Source of the DNA: an uncultured delta proteobacterium
GTDB taxonomy: Bacteria > Myxococcota_A > Polyangia > Polyangiales > Polyangiaceae
Reading direction: 5' to 3'
NCBI GenBank assembly: GCA_963716725.1
Contig: CAVQUB010000011.1
Coordinates: forward strand, 32,001 to 96,000
DNA length: 64,000 nucleotides
Position 1 is the stretch's first letter. Every line of letters begins with the position of its first letter. Below the pieces are notes generated by a model, which saw only the letters and a program-made list of their open reading frames with translations, was not told the origin of the DNA and searched no databases. The position numbers were made by a program, and so were the translations under genes. This document shows positions 58,145 through 64,000 of this stretch, in pieces.

Positions 58145-59521
58145 TCATTTCGAGGGCTTGTCGCTCCCGAACAGGATGTCTCCGCCGACGCCTAAGCTCA
58201 CGACGAAGTGGCCGGCGCGCTTGCCCTCGGCGTCGGAGCCGGGGTCCCAGGGCGTGGCGCTGCCGGTGGGACCCAGCGCCCCCGTGCAGGTACCATCCGC
58301 GCTGAAGTCGGTGACCTGCGCAAAGGCGACCCCGGCGTAGGGCGAGAGCTGCAGCCACGGCGTGAGCGGCACCTGGAGACCGCCGCTCAGGCGCACCGCG
58401 GTGCCATGCGCCTTCAGGGTCTGTGTGCAATCAGGGGTCGAATCCTGGTAGTTCACCTCGCGCTCGGCCGAGAACTGGTGCAGCGGCAAGAGATCGACCT
58501 CGGCGATGATCCCGAGCGTGCCCGGCGGCGGCGCGTACATGAAACCCACACCGGCGTTGGCGCCTGCCGGCGTGACCTGCACGACCGTACCCGACGGCCC
58601 CTTCTCGAACTCGGCGCCAGGCTGGTAGCTCTCAGCTCCCGCCATCAGGACCACGCTGTAGCGCTTGAAGACGCGCACCCCACCGCGCAGCTCCACCCCA
58701 CCCCCGGGGCCGAAATAATTCTTGATCGCGTAGCCCTCGGCGAGTTGGCCCGCCGGGATCGCCGCTCCCACGCGCAGACCGACGATGAAGCCGAAGTTGC
58801 CCTCGATCTCGGCCGGCGGCGCTCCGCCGGCGCCCGCTGCCTCGCCCCCAGCGCCGGTTGAGCCTCCCGCGCCCCCAGCGCCTCCTGCGCCGCCAGCCAC
58901 CGCCGAACCGTCGGCCTCGAGCGCGAGCGTGACCTTCTTCTTCTCGCCGGGCTTCAGCTCGATGGTCTGCTCGGCCGACTTGTAGCCCGGCGCGGACGCG
59001 GTGAGCTTGCGAGTTCCGGGGTTCACCGGTCGGTCCGCGCCGAGCGCGGCGCTGGACACCGCGACGTCGTCGACTTTGACCTCCAACCCCGCGATGCCGC
59101 CGGGCTCCACGCTGATGCGCAGGTTCGCGATCTTCGGCTCGACCTCTGGCAGCTCTTTCTGTGCATCGGCGACAGCGTCCTTGAAGACGCTGGGGGCGTT
59201 GTCGGGCAGCTGCGTGCGTACCAGCCTGCGATACGCCTCCGCCGACTCGACGAACTGCCCAAGCTGCGCGTGGCAGCGAGCCATGTAGATCAGATGCACG
59301 GGAGCGTCGTAGAGCTGTTGCGCTCGATCCAGCCGATCGAGGGACTCGGCGAACTTGCCGACCTTGAACAGCTCGATGCCCTCGGTCGCGAGCTTCCGCG
59401 CCGTGGCTTTGTCCGCGGCCGACTGGGCCGCGGCCGCGGGGACCGGCAGACCGCCGAGCCCGATGCCGCCAAACATGGCCCCAACGGTCGCGAGCACGAC
59501 GAGGCGTCGTAGTAAGCGCAT
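58145..59521 (-). CDS. Exported TPR + PEGA-like + C-terminal beta-barrel protein
   Basis: Signal peptide, TPR-like helices (A...A.EG..LF..G.F.E.L), PEGA-like VNPG...TASAPGY, amphipathic beta strands at the C-terminus. Confidence 0.75.
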   Translation of the reverse strand: MRLLRRLVVLATVGAMFGGIGLGGLPVPAAAAQSAADKATARKLATEGIELFKVGKFAESLDRLDRAQQLYDAPVHLIYMARCHAQLGQFVESAEAYRRLVRTQLPDNAPSVFKDAVADAQKELPEVEPKIANLRISVEPGGIAGLEVKVDDVAVSSAALGADRPVNPGTRKLTASAPGYKSAEQTIELKPGEKKKVTLALEADGSAVAGGAGGAGGAGGSTGAGGEAAGAGGAPPAEIEGNFGFIVGLRVGAAIPAGQLAEGYAIKNYFGPGGGVELRGGVRVFKRYSVVLMAGAESYQPGAEFEKGPSGTVVQVTPAGANAGVGFMYAPPPGTLGIIAEVDLLPLHQFSAEREVNYQDSTPDCTQTLKAHGTAVRLSGGLQVPLTPWLQLSPYAGVAFAQVTDFSADGTCTGALGPTGSATPWDPGSDAEGKRAGHFVVSLGVGGDILFGSDKPSK

Positions 59522-59568
59522 GCCTCTCCGTACGGCCGAACCGCAGCGTGGGTCAAGGATCGCGGGTC

Positions 59569-60969
59569 TCAGTAACCGGTGTCGACTCCGGTCGGCGGCT
59601 TCTTGCCCGTCGGCGGTTTCGTCCCCGTCGGCGGTTTCGTCCCCGTCGGCGGTTTCGTCCCCGTCGGCGCCTTTGGCGTTCCGGTCGCAGGCTTGGCAGC
59701 CGCCACCGGGGGTTCGGGCTCGTCCGAAGGATCGGCGCTGGCCGACGTCGGCGGCGCGACCGACGGCGCGACCGACGGCGCCGGCGGCGCCTCGGTGGGC
59801 TGGGTTGCTGCGCCCACCTCGAGTGGAGCGCTCACGGCGACGACCGGATCGACTGAAGCGCCGCCCCCGAAGCTCGCGCGAACCGCCAGCGCAACGCCGA
59901 CCCCGAGCACGACCACAAAACCGACGGCGAGGCCCGCCAGCAGCGCGATGGGGCTCTTCTTCTTCGGCGGCGCGGTCTGGGTGGTGAAGGGCGCCGCGGT
60001 CACGCCCTCCACGCGGAAGGGGGTCGTCTGCGGAGCTGTGGGCGCGGCCAGCGTCAGCGCGGACGGCAGCGCGGCCATCGACATCTGCGGAGGTCGAGCG
60101 CCCCCCGTCACCGCGTTCAACGCCTCGGTCATCTCGTTGGCGGTCTGGAAACGCTCGGCCGGGTCCTTGGCGAGCGCACGCGCGACCCAGGCATCGAAGG
60201 CCGGCGGCAGGCTCGGGACGTGCTGCGAGGGCACCGGCGCCGGCGCGATGCAGATCTGGACCAACAGATCGCCGACGGCCTCGCCCACGAAGGGCAGGCT
60301 GCCGACGACGCAGCGATACGCGATCACGGCCAGCGACCAGAGGTCGGAGCGCGTGTCGACGCTGCGAAGGCCGCGCGCCTGCTCAGGGCTCATGTAGTAC
60401 GGCGTGCCGAGGATCGAGCCCGTGCGCGTCGACGACGAGAGGCCGCCGGTGGCGTCGGTGAACTTCGCAATGCCGAAGTCCACTACCTTGGCCACCTCGG
60501 TGCCGTCTTCGTCGTCGTGCACGAGAAATACGTTCTCGGGCTTGAGGTCTCGATGCACGATGCCGACCTCGTGGGCCTTGTTGAGCGCGCGGGCGACCTG
60601 CTGCACGATCGACGCCGTCTCGGGCAACGAGATGCAGCCGACGCGATTGAGCCGCGCATCGAGGGGCTCCCCTGCCAGAAACTCCATCACGATGTAGGGA
60701 CGGCCGTCGCTCATCACGCCGTGGTCGTGGACCTTGACGACGTGCTTGCTCACCAGCTTGGCGGCAGCGCGCGCCTCGTTCTCGAAGCGGCTGCGAGCCT
60801 CGTGGCTGTCGACGTACTCCGTCTCGATGAACTTGACCGCGACGCGGGTGCCCAGAGAGTCGTGGATCCCCTCCCACACCGAGCCCATGCCGCCCTTTCC
60901 CAAGAGGCGCGTCAGCTTGTACTTGCCGCCAACCAGCTCGGTCACCGGCACGTCGATGGATTCGGTCAT
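59569..60969 (-). CDS. Membrane-anchored Hanks-type Ser/Thr protein kinase
   Basis: LGKGGMGSV, VAVK, HRDLKPEN, DFGIAK, GTPYYMSPEQ, one TM helix, Pro/Thr-rich tail. Confidence 0.93.
   Translation of the reverse strand: MTESIDVPVTELVGGKYKLTRLLGKGGMGSVWEGIHDSLGTRVAVKFIETEYVDSHEARSRFENEARAAAKLVSKHVVKVHDHGVMSDGRPYIVMEFLAGEPLDARLNRVGCISLPETASIVQQVARALNKAHEVGIVHRDLKPENVFLVHDDEDGTEVAKVVDFGIAKFTDATGGLSSSTRTGSILGTPYYMSPEQARGLRSVDTRSDLWSLAVIAYRCVVGSLPFVGEAVGDLLVQICIAPAPVPSQHVPSLPPAFDAWVARALAKDPAERFQTANEMTEALNAVTGGARPPQMSMAALPSALTLAAPTAPQTTPFRVEGVTAAPFTTQTAPPKKKSPIALLAGLAVGFVVVLGVGVALAVRASFGGGASVDPVVAVSAPLEVGAATQPTEAPPAPSVAPSVAPPTSASADPSDEPEPPVAAAKPATGTPKAPTGTKPPTGTKPPTGTKPPTGKKPPTGVDTGY
59590..59670 (-). 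repeat. 18-bp tandem repeat encoding (PTGTKP)n at the kinase C-terminus
   Basis: CCCGTCGGCGGTTTCGTC x3 plus degenerate flanking copies. Confidence 0.85.
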
Positions 60970-61084
60970 TGCTCCGAGGCGACAGATTACCCGGCGACCA
61001 ACCCGGGCGCCAGGACTCGGCGCGATTCGCCGGAAAACGCCGGACACCTGCGACGCCGCGGCCGGGCTGGGGTATTCGCCCCGG

Positions 61085-63817
61085 ATGGGCACGCACCTTT
61101 TCCCACCTGGAGATCCCGGAGTCCTCTACGTCGTGGACCTCTCGAGCTACCTCCTGCGGGCCTACCACGCCATCGGCGAGCTCTCGAGCCCCAGCGGCGA
61201 GCCCACCAACGCCACCTTCGGCACGGTCAGCATGCTGGAGCGCTTGGTCCGAGAACGGCGTCCCGCCCTTTTACTGGTGGCGATGGACTCGGGTCGCGAC
61301 ACCTTTCGCCGCGAACTCTACCCCGACTACAAGGCGACCCGACCGCCGGCCCCCGAAGACCTCAAGGTCCAGTTCGCGCGCTGCCAGGAGATCATCGAGG
61401 CGTTCTCCATTCCGGTGCTGAAGGAGCAGGGCGTCGAGGCCGACGACCTGATCGCCGCCGCCGTGCGAAATGCCCGACAGAAGGGGCTGCGAGTGGTGAT
61501 CGTCGGGGCCGACAAGGACCTCATGCAGCTGGTCGGTGACGACGTCGTGATGTGGGACACGATGCGAGATCGCGTGTTTGGCGTGCCCGAAGTCGAAGAG
61601 CGCTTCGGCGTCAGGGTCGACCAACTCCGGGACCTGCTCGCGCTCATGGGTGACAGCAGCGACAACATTCCCGGCGTACCCCACGTGGGACCCAAGACCG
61701 CGCGCGACCTCTTGGTGCAGTACTCGACGCTCGAGGGCGTGTACGAGCACCTCGACCAGATCACCAAGAAGGCCCTGCATCAGAACCTGGAACAGCACCG
61801 CGACAAGGCCCTGATCAGTCAGAAGCTGGTCACCCTGAAGGACGACTCGGTCATCGACTTCGATCTCGATGCCTTGCGCTGGGGCGGGCGCGACGTGAAC
61901 GCACTGCGGCGCATCTACTCCGAGCTCGGTTTCTTGCGCCAGCTGCACGCGCTCGACGCCGAGCCGGAGGCGGCGCGTTCCGACTCGCGAGCGAACCAAC
62001 AAGCAGAGCCGGCGGCGCCCGCCCGAGAGGTGGTCGTCGGCTGCGTGGTCGAACGGGAAGGCCTGCTGAAGCTCGCAGACGCAATCCGCGCCAGCGGCCG
62101 GGTCGCCGTCGCAGCTCAGACCGCAGAGCGCTCGCCGCTCTCGCCCCTGGTGGGCCTCGCGCTGTCCCCCGGGCCGGGCTCGGGTTTCTACGTCCCGATT
62201 GCTCACCGGGCCCTCGGCACTCCGCGACAGCTCGCGCTCGAGGAAGTACGCGAGGTGCTCGGGCCGCTCTTGGCCGATCCGGCCGTGGTCAAGCTCGCAC
62301 ACTGCCTCAAGCACGAGTCCGTTGCCCTCAGCTGGAACGGCCTGGAGCTCGCTGGCGGGCGAGCCGACGTTCAGCTGGACAGCTACCTCCTGGATCCGGA
62401 GCGCCGTCACGATCTCGACGCGATCGCCGAACGCGAACTCGGCGTCGTGCTGCCCGACCTCGACGCACTCACCAAGCCCGCGCGCGGCAAGCGCATCGAC
62501 TTCGATCAGGTGGCGCTCACCGAGGCCACTAGCTACTCCGCGCTCCGCGCCGAGGCCGCGCTGCGTGCTTCGGAGCGGACGGCGCGGCGAGTCGCCGAAG
62601 AGGGCCTGGGGCGAGTACTGGACGAGATCGAGCTGCCGCTGTCCGCGGTGCTGGCAGAGATGGAACTGCGCGGCGTGCTGATCGACGCTTCGCGACTCGA
62701 GGAACTCGGCCGACTTTGCCGAGACGAACTGGCCAGGCTCGAGGCCGAGGCGCACCGCATTGCCGGCCGGCCCTTCAACCTCGCATCACCCCGGCAGCTC
62801 GAGGCGCTGCTCTTCGACGAGCTCGGGCTGACGCCGCTGCGCCGGACCAAGACCTCGCGTTCCACCGACGCGGACACGCTCGAGGCGCTGGCCGACGAGC
62901 ATGCTCTGCCCCGGGTGATCCTCGAGCACCGGCAGGTCGCCAAGCTGAAGGGCACCTACATCGATGCACTTCCGGGGCTGATCAACCCGAGGACGGGTCG
63001 CGTACACACCTCCTGGGAGCAGGCCGTCGCCGCCACCGGGCGCCTGTCGAGCGTCGATCCCAACCTGCAGAACATCCCCATCCGCAGCGAGCTCGGGAGA
63101 GAAGTACGCAGCGCCTTCGTCGCGCCCGCGGGGCACCTGATCGTGAGCGCCGACTATTCGCAGATCGAACTGCGGGTGCTCGCGCACCTCTCCAAGGATC
63201 CGGTGCTCTGCGATGCATTCAAGAACGGACAAGACGTGCACACTCGCACCGCGATGGAGGTCTTCGAGGTGGACGCCGACAGCGTCACCTCCGAGATGCG
63301 ACGACGTGCCAAGGCCGTGAACTTTGGAGTGATCTACGGCCAAGGCGACAGCGGCCTGGCCAAGAGCCTGGGCATCTCCCGGGCTGAGGCTTCGAACTTC
63401 ATCGCGACCTACTTCCGCCGCTACGAGGGCGTGCGACGTTTCATGAACGAAACTCTGGACGGCGCCCGCGCCAGCGAGTTCGTGCACACCATTTCGGGAC
63501 GGCGCCGCCTGGTCCCCGAGATCAAGAACGGGAATCGACAGAAGCGCCTCGCGGCGGAACGCGTCGCCATGAACGCGCCCATCCAGGGCACGGCCGCGGA
63601 CATCCTGAAGCTGGCGATGCTGTGCTTCCGTGAGCCGCCCACACCGGGCGCGCGCATGGTTCTGACCGTGCACGACGAGCTGGTGTTCGAAGTGCCGGAG
63701 GGCGAGGTGGAGGCGGCGAAAGCGCGAATCAAGCGCGGAATGGAGGGCGTGCTTTCGCTCGATGTGCCGCTGGCCGTGGACGTCGGCGCCGGGGTGACGT
63801 GGAAGGACGCGCACTGA
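61085..63817 (+). CDS. polA: DNA polymerase I
   Basis: 5' nuclease (YKA.R, EADD, DKD..QL, GDSSDNIPGV..VGPKTA) and polymerase motifs (TGRLSS.DPNLQNIP, DYSQIELR, R..AK..NFG..YG, VHDEL). Confidence 0.98.
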   Translation: MGTHLFPPGDPGVLYVVDLSSYLLRAYHAIGELSSPSGEPTNATFGTVSMLERLVRERRPALLLVAMDSGRDTFRRELYPDYKATRPPAPEDLKVQFARCQEIIEAFSIPVLKEQGVEADDLIAAAVRNARQKGLRVVIVGADKDLMQLVGDDVVMWDTMRDRVFGVPEVEERFGVRVDQLRDLLALMGDSSDNIPGVPHVGPKTARDLLVQYSTLEGVYEHLDQITKKALHQNLEQHRDKALISQKLVTLKDDSVIDFDLDALRWGGRDVNALRRIYSELGFLRQLHALDAEPEAARSDSRANQQAEPAAPAREVVVGCVVEREGLLKLADAIRASGRVAVAAQTAERSPLSPLVGLALSPGPGSGFYVPIAHRALGTPRQLALEEVREVLGPLLADPAVVKLAHCLKHESVALSWNGLELAGGRADVQLDSYLLDPERRHDLDAIAERELGVVLPDLDALTKPARGKRIDFDQVALTEATSYSALRAEAALRASERTARRVAEEGLGRVLDEIELPLSAVLAEMELRGVLIDASRLEELGRLCRDELARLEAEAHRIAGRPFNLASPRQLEALLFDELGLTPLRRTKTSRSTDADTLEALADEHALPRVILEHRQVAKLKGTYIDALPGLINPRTGRVHTSWEQAVAATGRLSSVDPNLQNIPIRSELGREVRSAFVAPAGHLIVSADYSQIELRVLAHLSKDPVLCDAFKNGQDVHTRTAMEVFEVDADSVTSEMRRRAKAVNFGVIYGQGDSGLAKSLGISRAEASNFIATYFRRYEGVRRFMNETLDGARASEFVHTISGRRRLVPEIKNGNRQKRLAAERVAMNAPIQGTAADILKLAMLCFREPPTPGARMVLTVHDELVFEVPEGEVEAAKARIKRGMEGVLSLDVPLAVDVGAGVTWKDAH

Positions 63818-63858
63818 CCCTCGCCATGGGCCCGAGCTTGGACTAGCTTGCGCCCGCC

Positions 63859-64000
63859 ATGCCCGCGAAGGAAAGGCGCCCACACACCCCCGTCGCCGTC
63901 CTGGGTGCCGGTCTGACAGGCATGAGCGCCGCCCTCGCGCTGCGGGAAAAGGGCTCCGGGTTTCGCATCTTCGAGAAGCTGGAGCACCCGGGCGGACACG
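63859..64000 (+). CDS. FAD-dependent oxidoreductase N-terminus (3' truncated by window)
   Basis: MPAKERRPHTPVAVLGAGLTGMSAALAL......IFEK...PGG: Rossmann GxGxxG plus GG motif. Confidence 0.8.
   Translation, partial: MPAKERRPHTPVAVLGAGLTGMSAALALREKGSGFRIFEKLEHPGGH

Overview
Very GC-rich, gene-dense bacterial chromosomal DNA, most likely from a myxobacterium (Myxococcota, Polyangiales-like). The lineage call rests on a TIGR04551-like outer-membrane protein, a MYXO-CTERM-tailed M23 peptidase, two Hanks-type Ser/Thr kinases, two FHA proteins and many Gly/Cys-rich lipoproteins. About 55 genes can be supported. Housekeeping genes: murB (partial), alaS, argG, aspartokinase, an RlmL-like methyltransferase, ssb, ihfA-merR and polA. 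Accessory modules: (1) OxyR divergent from a rubrerythrin / Fe-S oxidoreductase / DUF3501 peroxide-defence operon, with a candidate OxyR operator; (2) tandem DUF72 genes, one starting with a QLGLF sliding-clamp-type motif; (3) a dispersed phosphotransferase / acyl-CoA dehydrogenase / histidine phosphatase set (Lva/ACAD10-11-like); (4) a catalytic-domain-only E2 acyltransferase coupled to argG; (5) an isolated pilC-pilS pair followed by a near-perfect sigma54 promoter in front of an MlaC-like gene; (6) two convergent SGNH hydrolases. About 11 genes have a TANNNT -10 box 6-9 nt before the start codon and no obvious SD, which suggests widespread leaderless transcription. Single-base frameshifts cluster in the first 18 kb and are very dense at 15.9-17.8 kb; they are probably sequencing or assembly errors. 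I found no rRNA, tRNA, CRISPR array, transposase, integrase or phage gene. All family calls come from motif recognition by eye; no database search was run.
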